A stretch of DNA of 64,000 bases from an uncultured Gemmatimonadota bacterium (GCA_964490075.1 CAZBBK010000002.1:114105-178104); one strand, 5' to 3'. Positions 1 through 8,930 are shown, counted from the first letter of the stretch. Notes: generated by a model from the sequence alone, not told the origin. Program-made: numbers and translations.

Positions 1-103
1 CGCCGCCCTGGACACGGGAGCCGAAGACCCGCGCCTCGATGCCGGGCAGCCTGCGGTCGAGGATGGCGCGGACCAGGGTGCGCTGCTTCGGATCGAGATC
101 CAT
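1..103 (-). CDS. Minimal nucleotidyltransferase (MNT/MntA-type antitoxin), 3' end truncated by the window edge
   Basis: Manual translation MDLDPKQRTLVRAILDRRLPGIEARVFGSRVQGG shows the MNT 'FGSR' motif; the ATG overlaps the HEPN gene stop (TGATG). Confidence 0.8.
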   Translation of the reverse strand, partial: MDLDPKQRTLVRAILDRRLPGIEARVFGSRVQGG

Positions 104-531
104 CAGCGCTCTTGGTCGTTGCGCGCGCGGAGACGGGAGAGCAGCGATTGCGCGTCTACGAGGAAGCGGGTCGCCCGCTCGAACACCTCCAACGCGACCT
201 CCTCGTCGTACACGTGGCTGGTGAGGTTGCGCGTCTGATGATGGTCCCACCACACCTCGACCTCATCGATCAGGCGCTGCTCCGCGGCGATGCGGAAGAG
301 CTCTCTCCTGGACACGCCATCCACGTAGACGGCGCCCACGTTCATGTCCAGCCAGCGTTTGATGAACTTCCAGCTCAGCTCGTAGGTGAACTCGAAGCTC
401 TGTATCACGCCGGCGATGAAGATCCGTCGCTGGACCTCGCTCAACCGCCCCATGGCGCGCTGATCGTGGGTTTCGGCGACCGCCTCCTCCAGGGCACCAA
501 CGGCGCGCTCCAGGCTATTCAGATCCAGCAT
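103..531 (-). CDS. HEPN-domain protein (HI0074 nucleotidyltransferase substrate-binding family), putative toxin
   Basis: MLDLNSLERA... with 'GVIQSFEFTYELSWK' and the Rx4H motif RNLTSH; GAGGAG RBS upstream; coupled to the MNT gene. Confidence 0.88.
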   Translation of the reverse strand: MLDLNSLERAVGALEEAVAETHDQRAMGRLSEVQRRIFIAGVIQSFEFTYELSWKFIKRWLDMNVGAVYVDGVSRRELFRIAAEQRLIDEVEVWWDHHQTRNLTSHVYDEEVALEVFERATRFLVDAQSLLSRLRARNDQER

Positions 532-673
532 CGTGCGGCAACTCCTCGATCGATGATAGCGGGCGGGTGGGCGGCGTGGGTTGCGGACTTCTCGCGCATC
601 GTCCCGGCGCCACCGGAGTCGACAGGGCCCGAGCGACGTCCCCTCCATTTGACACCGCTCCGGTCCACCCTGG

Positions 674-834
674 GAGGCTGTTTCGCATAGGCTTCGCTTC
701 GCCCCGCATCCGTCCCTGCTCCGATCTCTGCGTTGCCAAGTCCTTGAAAGGCAACCAGCCTTCCGGCAGACTCGGTGCCTTGATCTCGAAGCAGGGCCGA
801 ATACGGGGCTCGGAAGCCCACGCGAAACAGCCTC
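674..834. mobile_element. Putative MITE / long hairpin element with 22-bp imperfect terminal inverted repeats
   Basis: GAGGCTGTTTCGCATAGGCTTC (674-695) pairs with GAAGCCCACGCGAAACAGCCTC (813-834). Pairing continues inward. Flanks are CTGG (670-673) and CTAG (835-838). No transposase ORF. Confidence 0.65.
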
Positions 835-886
835 CTAGCCTGATCCGCGGGTCGAGACCCTTCGCAACCACGGGATCCACGCATTC

Positions 887-1522
887 ATGCTCTCCCACGT
901 CATCATCATCGTACCGGTGCTGCTCTTCTCCGTGATCGTGCACGAGGTCGCGCACGGCTACGCGGCGTTGCGGCTGGGCGATTCGACCGCGCAGCAGAAG
1001 GGGCGATTGACCCTGAATCCGCTGCCGCATATCGATCCGATGATGACGATCATCCTGCCCGCTTTCCTGATCCTGTCGAACGCCGGCATCGTCTTCGGCG
1101 GCGCCAAGCCGGTCCCCATCAACCCCTACAATCTGCGCAACTTCCGTCGCGACAGCGCGCTCATCGCCCTGGCCGGGCCCGCCTCCAACGTCCTTCAGGC
1201 GCTGATCTGCTGGCTGGCGCTGCTCGGCATGGAGGCGCTCGGGCTGGGCGGGTCGGCGCGCACCACCTCGGGGGCGATCGCCCTGGTGCTCGGCTACGGG
1301 GTCTTCATCAACATCGTGCTGGGCTGGTTCAACATGCTGCCGATCCCGCCCCTCGACGGATCGAAGGTGTTGGCCTTCGGCCTCTCGTCCGAGAACGCCG
1401 CCCGCTACCTGGCGCTGGAGCGCTACGGCTTCCTGGTGCTGATCCTCTTCATCATGGCCGGCGGCGTGCGCTTCTGGATGGCGCCGATTCCACGCTTCTT
1501 GACGATCCTGGGACTGGCGTAG
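887..1522 (+). CDS. Site-2 protease family (peptidase M50) membrane metalloprotease
   Basis: HEVAH zinc motif, 'GRLTLNPLPHID', 'AGPASN' and 'FNMLPIPPLDG'. Confidence 0.93.
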   Translation: MLSHVIIIVPVLLFSVIVHEVAHGYAALRLGDSTAQQKGRLTLNPLPHIDPMMTIILPAFLILSNAGIVFGGAKPVPINPYNLRNFRRDSALIALAGPASNVLQALICWLALLGMEALGLGGSARTTSGAIALVLGYGVFINIVLGWFNMLPIPPLDGSKVLAFGLSSENAARYLALERYGFLVLILFIMAGGVRFWMAPIPRFLTILGLA

Positions 1523-1527
1523 ACGCG

Positions 1528-2265
1528 ATGCCCGCGACCGAGAGCTACCGCGTCCAGCTCGAGCACTTCGAGGGACCGCTCGACCTCCTGCTCTTCCTGA
1601 TCCAGCGCGAAGAGGTCGACATCCACGAGATCCCGATCGCCCGCATCACCCGGCAGTATCTCGAGTTCCTCGACCTGATGCGGGCCCTCGATCTCGACGT
1701 CGCGGGCGAGTTCATCCTGATGGCTTCGACCCTGATCGCCATCAAGTCGCGCACTCTGCTGCCCGCGCCCGAGTTCGACGAAGAGGGCGAGATCATCGAC
1801 CCGCGCCAGGAGTTGGTGCGCCAGCTCGTGGAGTACCGCCGCTTCCGCGCCGCGGCCGAGCGGCTGGGAACGATCGAGCGCGAGCGGCGCTCGGTCCACG
1901 GGCGCGGCAGCGGAATCGAGCTCCCGGAGCCGCCCGCTCCCGAGCTGGAGCTGGGGCTCTTCGCCCTGCTCTCGGCCTACCAGCGCACTCTGTCGATGGC
2001 GGCGGTGCGCGAGGCGGCGCGCCCGCGGGTCGACTTCGAAACGGTGCGCCTGGAGGACCGGGTGCGGATGATCCGCGAGCTGCTCTCGCGAACCCCCCGG
2101 CTGCGCCTCTTCGAGCTGGCCGGCGGCTCCGGCGGCCGCCTGGAGCTGATCGTCACCTTCATGGCGATCCTCGAGCTGGTGCGCCTGGGCGAGGTCGGGG
2201 CCCGCCAGCCGAACGCCTTCGAAGATGTCTACCTCTACCGCAGAGAGCCCAGCGATGAGCGATGA
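1528..2265 (+). CDS. scpA: Segregation/condensation protein A
   Basis: 'FEGPLDLLLFLI...VDIHEIPIARIT.QYL' N-terminus and 'IVTFMAILEL' C-terminus; directly upstream of scpB. Confidence 0.95.
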   Translation: MPATESYRVQLEHFEGPLDLLLFLIQREEVDIHEIPIARITRQYLEFLDLMRALDLDVAGEFILMASTLIAIKSRTLLPAPEFDEEGEIIDPRQELVRQLVEYRRFRAAAERLGTIERERRSVHGRGSGIELPEPPAPELELGLFALLSAYQRTLSMAAVREAARPRVDFETVRLEDRVRMIRELLSRTPRLRLFELAGGSGGRLELIVTFMAILELVRLGEVGARQPNAFEDVYLYRREPSDER

Positions 2266-3094
2266 GAAGACCCACGACTTCGTGCCGGTGGTCGAGGCGC
2301 TGATCTTCGCCGCCGACGAGCCGCTCTCTACCCGGCACCTGGTCGAGCTGATTCCGGAGCTCGAAGCCGAGCAGCTCTCCGAGGTCTTGGCGCGGCTCGA
2401 CGAGCAGCTCGAGGAGCACAGCCGCGGCATCCGCCTCGAGGAGGTGGCGGGCGGCTGGCGCTTCACCACCCGCCCCGAGCACGGCCCCTTTCTGGAGCGC
2501 CTGTTCCGCGGCCGGCGCACCCAGCGCCTGACCCAGGCGGCCCTGGAGACCGTAGCGGTGGTGCTCTACCGCCAACCGACCACCAAGGCCGAGATCGAGG
2601 CGATCCGCGGAGTGTCGGTGGACGGCCCGCTGCGTACGCTTCTGGATCGCAACCTGATCAAGGTCTCCGGTCGCGCCGAGGGCCCTGGCCGGCCGCTGCT
2701 CTACGCGACCACGCGCGAGCTCCTGAAGCACCTGGGACTGCGGGATCTGCGCGATCTGCCCCAGCTCGACGAGTTGGAGGGGGTGCTGGCCGGCAGCGAG
2801 GAGGGCGACCCGGATCAGCTGGAGCTCGGCGAGCTCGAGCGCGACGAGGAAGAAGACGCGGCATCGCCGCAGGCGATCGAAGCGGCAGAAGGCGACGAGG
2901 AGCGCGATGAATCGGCGCAAGGAGACGGGAGCGAGCAAGGGCCGCAAGAAGGCGGCGAAGGACGGGACGAGGAACCGCGGGAGGCCGGCTCGGAAGGCGC
3001 CGAAGGGGCGGCGGACCGGCGTCCCGCCGAGCCCGCGGCGCCCGGCGAGGCGCCGGCGGCCGGCACGGGAGCAGAGCGAAGGCACGGCGACTGA
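2255..3094 (+). CDS. scpB: SMC-Scp complex subunit ScpB with long acidic C-terminal tail
   Basis: 'VEALIFAADEPL', 'AALETVAVVLYRQPTTKAEIEAIRGV', 'GRPLLYATT'. Confidence 0.95.
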   Translation: MSDEKTHDFVPVVEALIFAADEPLSTRHLVELIPELEAEQLSEVLARLDEQLEEHSRGIRLEEVAGGWRFTTRPEHGPFLERLFRGRRTQRLTQAALETVAVVLYRQPTTKAEIEAIRGVSVDGPLRTLLDRNLIKVSGRAEGPGRPLLYATTRELLKHLGLRDLRDLPQLDELEGVLAGSEEGDPDQLELGELERDEEEDAASPQAIEAAEGDEERDESAQGDGSEQGPQEGGEGRDEEPREAGSEGAEGAADRRPAEPAAPGEAPAAGTGAERRHGD

Positions 3095-3833
3095 GCTGCG
3101 GCTGAACCGATTCCTGGCGATGGCCGGGGTGGCGTCGCGGCGCGCCTGCGAGGAGCTGATCCGAGAAGGACGGGTCTCGGTCGAGGGCGAGATCGAGCGC
3201 TCCCCGGCGCGCAAGGTGAGCGCCGCATCGAGCCGGGTGCGGCTGGACGGCCGCCCGGTGCGCCCGCAGCAGCGGCTGATCTACGTGATCGTCCACAAGC
3301 CGACCGGATGCGTGGTCACCGCCTCCGACCCGCAGGGGCGGCGCACCGTCTTCGACCTGGTGCCGCCGCTGCCGGCCCGGGTGTTTCCAGTCGGACGTCT
3401 CGACCTGAACTCGACCGGGCTGGTGCTCCTGACCAACGACGGCGAGGCGGCGGAGCGCCTGGGGCATCCGCGCCACGGCGTGGAACGGATCTACCGCATC
3501 AAGGTCTCGGGCCAGGTGGGGGCGGCGGCGCTCGAGCGCCTGGAGCGAGGCGTCGAGCTCGACGATGGGCCGGCGCGGGCGCTGCGGGCGCGGGTGGTGA
3601 AGCGCAACCAGGGCAGCACGGTGCTGGAGCTGGCGGTGGGGGAGGGGCGCTTCCGCCTGGTGCGGCGCATGATGCAGGCCCTCGGCCACCCGGTGCGCCG
3701 CCTCGCTCGCATCGCCATCGGCCCCTTGATTCTCGGCGCCTTGCCCCTCGGCGAGGCCCGCCCTCTGACCGTGCCGGAGGCGCGCGCGCTGCGGCGGGCG
3801 TTGGGGCTGGGGGAGGGGGCGGGACAGGGTTGA
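2907..3833 (+). CDS. rluB: Pseudouridine synthase (RluB/RsuA family) with S4 domain and basic N-terminal extension
   Basis: 'LRLNRFLAMAGVASRR', 'HKPTG', 'PVGRLDLNSTGL'; scpAB-rluB synteny. Start chosen from GAGGAG RBS at 2897-2902 (start uncertain). Confidence 0.88.
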   Translation: MNRRKETGASKGRKKAAKDGTRNRGRPARKAPKGRRTGVPPSPRRPARRRRPAREQSEGTATELRLNRFLAMAGVASRRACEELIREGRVSVEGEIERSPARKVSAASSRVRLDGRPVRPQQRLIYVIVHKPTGCVVTASDPQGRRTVFDLVPPLPARVFPVGRLDLNSTGLVLLTNDGEAAERLGHPRHGVERIYRIKVSGQVGAAALERLERGVELDDGPARALRARVVKRNQGSTVLELAVGEGRFRLVRRMMQALGHPVRRLARIAIGPLILGALPLGEARPLTVPEARALRRALGLGEGAGQG

Positions 3834-3893
3834 TTGGGGTTCGCGAAGGGCCCTGAAGCCGACCCCACCTCCCTTGCCGCCCAGACCTAGCAT

Positions 3894-3920
3894 GGACTAA
3901 GTGATGAGCAAGCTTGGTCC
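3894..3920. promoter_or_regulatory. Inverted repeat upstream of TA operon (putative autoregulatory operator)
   Basis: GGACTAAG-N11-CTTGGTCC (one mismatch) just upstream of the antitoxin start. Confidence 0.4.
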
Positions 3921-3932
3921 GATCGAGGCGAT

Positions 3933-4172
3933 ATGCAGAATCAGTTCAACATCCACGAGGCCAAGACCCATTTCTCGGCGCTCGTGGCGCGAGCCCTCGC
4001 CGGCGAGGAGATCATCATCGCCAAGGCGGGGCACCCGATCGCGCGGCTGCTCAGAATCGCTCCATCCAGAGCCGAGCTTCGTGTCCCGGGATCACGCGCG
4101 GGTGGCATGTGGATGTCCGACGACTTCGACGACCCACTGCCCGACGACTTCCTGAGCACGGGTGCGCCTTGA
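3933..4172 (+). CDS. Phd/YefM-family antitoxin
   Basis: 'FNIHEAKTHFSALVARALAGEEIIIAKAGHPIARL' and C-terminal 'DFDDPLP'. Confidence 0.92.
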   Translation: MQNQFNIHEAKTHFSALVARALAGEEIIIAKAGHPIARLLRIAPSRAELRVPGSRAGGMWMSDDFDDPLPDDFLSTGAP

Positions 4173-4555
4173 GGATCCTCCTCGATACGCACGCTTTTCT
4201 GTTCTGGGTATACGCGCCGGAAAGAGTCGGGCCCAGCGCCAGGCAGGCGATCGCCGACCGGACCAACCAGATCTTCTGGAGTGTGGCCAGCTCTTGGGAG
4301 GTGGCGATCAAGGGCGGCCTGGGCAAGCTGCGCTTGGACGGTCCGGTCGAAGAAGTCGTTCCGGCGGAGCTGCTCGACCAGGGCTTTGCGCTCCTGCCCA
4401 TCGACCACGCGGACGTGCTCGCCGTCGCGAACCTCCCCAGGATCCACGGAGACCCCTTCGACCGGCTTCTCGTCGCCCAGGCACGCGGCAACTCGCTGAC
4501 GCTGGCCAGCGCCGATCGGCGCTTGCGCGACTATGGCATCCCCGTGATCTGGTGA
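4169..4555 (+). CDS. vapC: VapC PIN-domain toxin
   Basis: TTG start overlapping the antitoxin stop; 'LLDTH', 'SVASSWEVAIK', 'HGDPFDRLLVAQA', 'SAD'. Confidence 0.92.
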   Translation: MRILLDTHAFLFWVYAPERVGPSARQAIADRTNQIFWSVASSWEVAIKGGLGKLRLDGPVEEVVPAELLDQGFALLPIDHADVLAVANLPRIHGDPFDRLLVAQARGNSLTLASADRRLRDYGIPVIW

Positions 4556-4583
4556 GGCCCCACCGGCAAGCCGGCGGGGCCTC
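4554..4583. terminator. GC-rich hairpin between convergent genes (possible bidirectional terminator)
   Basis: GAGGCCCCACCGG-CAAG-CCGGCGGGGCCTC; no U tract. Confidence 0.4.
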
Positions 4584-4607
4584 GCTGAATCGGCGCTTGC
4601 CGAATCC

Positions 4608-6014
4608 TCAGTCGATGACCAGCTCCACGTTGTCGATCGAGGTGTTGCCTTCCACCTGACCGTCTGTATAGGCCCACTCGAAGGCGGAGATGCCGTTGGT
4701 GAGGGTCCAGCCGTAGCTGGTGAAGCTCCAGCAGGTCGCCGGAATCGCCTCGCTGATGGCCAAAACACCGTCCTCGTCGTAGACGTTGAAGGTCACGCCC
4801 GAGACGCAGGTGAACATGTCCAGGCCGAAGTAGGTGGCACCATCGCCGAAACCGGGCGCGAAGTCGATGCGCACCGGGCTCTCGACCACCACGCCGCCGC
4901 AACCCTGATCGTCGGAGATCCAGATCCCGTCGGGCTGGTTGCCGCGGTAGTCGGCGTCGCAGTCGCCGCCAGCGTAGTAGTAGCTCTCGGTGTTGCTGTT
5001 CAGATAGAGCCAGCGCGACTGGTAGCCACCCAGAGGATCGGGGAAGGTCTCGAGATACTCGGTCGGCTCGGAGCCGACGACGATGTCGAAGTCGTCGCTG
5101 TCGATCGCCACGCCGGCCAGGTAGATCGTCACCTCGACGTTGTAGGTGCCGAGCGGAGCGACCGGCGGCACGTTCAACGAGACCGGCGCGAAGAGCGAGC
5201 CTCCGGGCGCGATCGTCAGCACGGCGCCGTTGTAGAGATCCTTGGTCAGACCGGCCGGACCGGTGACCACCATGGTCGCTTGGTCGAAGCTCTTGTCCTC
5301 GTCGCAGTCGTTGGCGGCGGTGGCGGTGAAGGTCAGGGTTTCGCCCGGCAGGATCGTCGCCGGGTAGCCGGTCAACGTGGCGCTCAGATCACAGACCTCG
5401 TCACCGACATCGAGACGAACGTTGTCGATCGAGGTGTTGCCCTCGACCTGGCCGTCGGTGTAGACCCACTCGTAGGCGGAGATGCCGTTGGTGAGGGTCC
5501 AGCCGTAGCTGGTGAAGCTCCAGCAGGTCGCCGGAATCGCCTCGCTGATGGCCAGCACGCCGTCCTGGTCGTAGATGTTGAAGGTCACGCCGGTCACGCA
5601 GGTGAACATGTCGAGACCGAAGTAGGTGGCGTCATCCCCGAAGCCGCCCACGAAGTCGATGCGCACCGGGCTCTCGACCACCATGCCGCCGCAGCCCTGG
5701 TCGTCGGAGATCCAGATGCCGTCGGGCTGGTTGCCGCGGTTGTCGGCGTCGCAGTCGCCGCCAGCGTAGTAGTAGCTCTCGGTGTTGGTGTTCAGGTAGA
5801 GCCAGCGCGATTGGTAGCCGCCCAGGGGATCCGGGAAGTCCTCCAGATAGGTGATGACGTTGGGGCCGGGCCGCTGCGGCGGCGCCTCGAAGGAGGCGGC
5901 GTGGACGTACTCGGCGGCGATGTTGGCCGGAGCTTCGATGGCCTGGTTCGATGCGGTCGACGCGTAGGCCGCGCCGGCGCAGGCCAGCAGTGCGAACAGT
6001 TGTTGATTCTCCAC
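4608..6014 (-). CDS. Secreted acidic protein with two near-identical ~145-aa domains flanking an Ig-like domain
   Basis: GTG start after GGGGG; signal peptide 'LFALLACAGAAYA'; repeat unit 'YLExFPDPLGGYQSRW...GNTSIDNV' occurs twice; beta-rich middle domain. Confidence 0.8.
   Translation of the reverse strand: MENQQLFALLACAGAAYASTASNQAIEAPANIAAEYVHAASFEAPPQRPGPNVITYLEDFPDPLGGYQSRWLYLNTNTESYYYAGGDCDADNRGNQPDGIWISDDQGCGGMVVESPVRIDFVGGFGDDATYFGLDMFTCVTGVTFNIYDQDGVLAISEAIPATCWSFTSYGWTLTNGISAYEWVYTDGQVEGNTSIDNVRLDVGDEVCDLSATLTGYPATILPGETLTFTATAANDCDEDKSFDQATMVVTGPAGLTKDLYNGAVLTIAPGGSLFAPVSLNVPPVAPLGTYNVEVTIYLAGVAIDSDDFDIVVGSEPTEYLETFPDPLGGYQSRWLYLNSNTESYYYAGGDCDADYRGNQPDGIWISDDQGCGGVVVESPVRIDFAPGFGDGATYFGLDMFTCVSGVTFNVYDEDGVLAISEAIPATCWSFTSYGWTLTNGISAFEWAYTDGQVEGNTSIDNVELVID
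4627..5057. repeat. Intragenic direct repeat, C-terminal copy (~430 bp)
   Basis: Highly similar to 5419-5849, offset 792 bp. Confidence 0.92.
5419..5849. repeat. Intragenic direct repeat, N-terminal copy (~430 bp)
   Basis: Highly similar to 4627-5057. Confidence 0.92.
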
Positions 6015-6189
6015 TCGAATCCCCCGAATGAGGTGTGTGAACGATCCCACCGAAAGCGCATGATCCCAGTCCAGCGACGTGCATTCGGTCGCAACGCCCC
6101 CCCGGGCCGGGATGGCATCGAGCTCGGTGAGTCCCCTGATGGCTCGCCCCGCGGTCGGTCGCGCGGCGGCCAGAACTCGATTCTCTGGG

Positions 6190-6280
6190 TCAGTGTAATG
6201 GCTTTGCTTGGTTTGTAAACTATAAAATGTCTATGAAAGCTTTTATTGGCAGCATGGTATGTTGGCGCCTCTGTTGTAGA
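6190..6280. promoter_or_regulatory. AT-rich divergent promoter region
   Basis: Strongly AT-rich patch (TTGTAAACTATAAAATGTCTATGAAAGCTTTTATT) between divergent genes in a GC-rich context. Confidence 0.55.
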
Positions 6281-6335
6281 CTTCGCGGTTGCGACAACCA
6301 GGTCGCGTCGACTCACCCGAACCGATTCGAGCGCA

Positions 6336-8051
6336 ATGGATATTCAAGGCAAGACCGTTCTGGTGCTGGGCGGCTGGGGCCTCGTGGGCATGGCCGTCTG
6401 TCGCGAGCTGCTGGCCAAGAATCCACGCAAGCTGGTGCTCACCTCGCTGCGGGAGGACGAGGCGAAGAGCGCCGCGGAGCGCCTGAGCGCCCGGGCCCCC
6501 GAAGGCGTCGAGCTGGCCACCGCCTGGGGCAATATCTTTGTCCGCGAAGAGATCAAAGGGGCCTCGCGCGGCCAGATCATGGAGTCGCCCCTGCACCGCG
6601 CCTCGGTGTTCCACGACTGCATGGACGAGCTCTCCGAGGAGCTGCTGGGCTCTTCGACTCTCTACCGAATGATCGACGAGCATCGCCCCGAGATCGTCGT
6701 CGACTGCGTCAACACCGCCACCGGGATCTCCTACCAGGACGTCTACGACAGCTACCGCCGGGTCAGCCGCAGCTGCGCCGCCGGTCCGAGCGAAGCGCTC
6801 CAGGCCGAGACCGAGAAGCTGCTCTGCACCCTCTACATCCCGCAGCTGATCCGCCACGTGCAGATCGCCTACGAGGCGATGCGTCGCGCAGGCACCGAGA
6901 TCTACGTCAAGATCGGCACCAGCGGCACCGGCGGCATGGGCCTCAACATCCCCTACACCCACTCCGAGGAGAAACCCTCGCGGGTGCTGCTCTCCAAGTC
7001 GGCCATCGCCGGCGCCCACAGCCTCTTGCTCTTCCTGATGGGCCGCACCCCCGACGCGCCGATCACCAAGGAGATCAAGCCGGCCGCGGCGATCGCCTGG
7101 AAGGGGATCGAGTACGGCGAGGTGCTGCGCGGCGGCCGTCCGATCGAGCTCTACGACTGCGATCCCGACGCCGGAGTCACGCTCGGCGACTCCTTCGAGC
7201 TGCGCCCGGCGCCCGAGACCTGCGGCGCCCGTCCCTATCACTCCGAAGACGGCCCGGGCACCTTGCACTCGGTCTTCGTCGACACCGGAGAGAACGGCAT
7301 TTTCTCGCTCGGCGAGTTCAGCGCCATCACCGCCGCCGGTCAGATGGAGTTCGTCACCCCCGAAGAGATCGCCCGCAACGTCGCCTACGAGATCCAGGGC
7401 GGCAACACCGGCCACGACATCATCAACGCCCTCGACAACGCCGCCATGGGACCGACCTACCGGGCCGGATTCCTGCGCGGGGCGGTGGTCGAGCGGATGA
7501 ACGAGCTGGAGAGGGAGCACGGCCTGCACTCGGTCGCCTTCGAAAATCTGGGGCCGCCGCGCCTCTCCAAGCTGCTCTACGAAGCCCACCTCTTGAGCCT
7601 GTGCTGCGGCACCATGGCCGGGGTGCTGGAGCAGGACGCCGAGTCGCTCGCGCGCGCCACCTGGAAGCGCTTGCGCGGCGACGCCCGGCTGCGGTCCGAG
7701 ATCGTGTCGATCGGGATTCCGATCCTCACCCCCGACGGCGCACGGCTGCTGCGCGGTCCCGAGGTCAAGATCCCGCCCCATCGCGGCGACGATCTGATCG
7801 CGGCCGACCCCGAGCGGCGGAACCGCTGGGCCGAGGCCGGCTGGGTCGACCTGCGACCGGCCAACTGGGAGGAGTGGCGGAGGCGCATCCAGACCATGGT
7901 GAGCGAGGCCGAGCGCGCCGATCACGACGACACCAGCTCGCGGGTGTTCATGGAGCGGCGCTTCCTGTCGCGCACCGACGCCGTGCAGATCGGCACCCTG
8001 GTGGCCTGGATCTTCATCGAGGAGGACCGGGGCGAGCGGATGAAGGGCTGA
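6336..8051 (+). CDS. Large Rossmann-fold (SDR-like) protein of unknown function
   Basis: N-terminal 'KTVLVLGGWGLVG' dinucleotide-binding motif; 571 aa; coding-like codon usage; ends 3 nt before cmk. Confidence 0.7.
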   Translation: MDIQGKTVLVLGGWGLVGMAVCRELLAKNPRKLVLTSLREDEAKSAAERLSARAPEGVELATAWGNIFVREEIKGASRGQIMESPLHRASVFHDCMDELSEELLGSSTLYRMIDEHRPEIVVDCVNTATGISYQDVYDSYRRVSRSCAAGPSEALQAETEKLLCTLYIPQLIRHVQIAYEAMRRAGTEIYVKIGTSGTGGMGLNIPYTHSEEKPSRVLLSKSAIAGAHSLLLFLMGRTPDAPITKEIKPAAAIAWKGIEYGEVLRGGRPIELYDCDPDAGVTLGDSFELRPAPETCGARPYHSEDGPGTLHSVFVDTGENGIFSLGEFSAITAAGQMEFVTPEEIARNVAYEIQGGNTGHDIINALDNAAMGPTYRAGFLRGAVVERMNELEREHGLHSVAFENLGPPRLSKLLYEAHLLSLCCGTMAGVLEQDAESLARATWKRLRGDARLRSEIVSIGIPILTPDGARLLRGPEVKIPPHRGDDLIAADPERRNRWAEAGWVDLRPANWEEWRRRIQTMVSEAERADHDDTSSRVFMERRFLSRTDAVQIGTLVAWIFIEEDRGERMKG

Positions 8052-8054
8052 TCC

Positions 8055-8744
8055 GTGGCGTGCTCGATCGTCGCCATCGACGGCCCGGCCGGCTCCGGCA
8101 AGAGCACCACGGCACGGCTGGTCGCCGAGCGTCTCGGCTTCACCTACATGGATACCGGCGCGCTCTACCGCGCGGTCACGCTCGGCGCCCTCGATGCCGG
8201 GGTGTCCCCAGACGACGAGCCGGGTCTGGAGGGCCTGGTGCGCGGCATCGAGCTGCGCTTCGAGCGCGACGATTCGCGTCAGGCACCGCGCGTCCTCATG
8301 AACGGCGCCGACGTCAGCGCCGAGATCCGCAGCATGCGGGTCGCCGCGGCGGTGAGCGCGGTGTCGCGCTCGGCCGCGGTGCGCAGCGCCATGGTGGAAC
8401 TGCAGCGTGAGCTGGGCGCGGCGGGGGGCTTCGTGGTCGAGGGCCGAGACATCGGCACGGTGGTCTTCCCGGACGCCACCGCGAAGATCTTCCTGGTGGC
8501 CGACGCCGAGCAACGTGCCCGGCGGCGCCTGGCCGATCTGCGGGCGGCCGGAGACCGGCGCACCACGCACGAGCAGGTGCTCGAGAACCTGCTGGAGCGC
8601 GACCGCATCGACTCGGGCCGGGCGATCGGGCCCTTGAAGCGGGCCGAAGATGCGCTCGAGGTCGACACTTCGCGGTTGACTATCGAAGAGCAGGTTGACA
8701 AAGTTACTCGTTTCTCTCGCGCCGCCCTGGCATCCGGCGAGTAG
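8055..8744 (+). CDS. cmk: Cytidylate kinase
   Basis: 'AIDGPAGSGKST', 'DTGALYR', 'EGRDIGTVVFPDA'. Confidence 0.97.
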   Translation: MACSIVAIDGPAGSGKSTTARLVAERLGFTYMDTGALYRAVTLGALDAGVSPDDEPGLEGLVRGIELRFERDDSRQAPRVLMNGADVSAEIRSMRVAAAVSAVSRSAAVRSAMVELQRELGAAGGFVVEGRDIGTVVFPDATAKIFLVADAEQRARRRLADLRAAGDRRTTHEQVLENLLERDRIDSGRAIGPLKRAEDALEVDTSRLTIEEQVDKVTRFSRAALASGE

Positions 8745-8930
8745 CGCCGACCGGCGCCCGGCAGCGACGCTTTCCATTTCTCCCGAAATCTCGGGATTTT
8801 CGCAGCGGCGGATCGACCCCGTCGCCAGACCCGTCCACCAACTCCATCCGGTCCGCCGGAGCGCCCGGCGGTGCCGCGCCGAGGTGGCGATCCCCATGGG
8901 GAGCCGCCGCGGCTGATCACAGAGGATCCG

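Noticed and set aside
674-834. 6S RNA
   Set aside because: Size is similar, but there is no large central bubble, the context is not zapA/rny or ygfA, and the ends look like IS-type inverted repeats. An Infernal search would settle it.
6263-6278. Sigma-54 promoter TGGCGCC-TCTG-TTGTA upstream of the SDR-like gene
   Set aside because: The -12 dinucleotide is GT rather than GC, so it is too weak to call.
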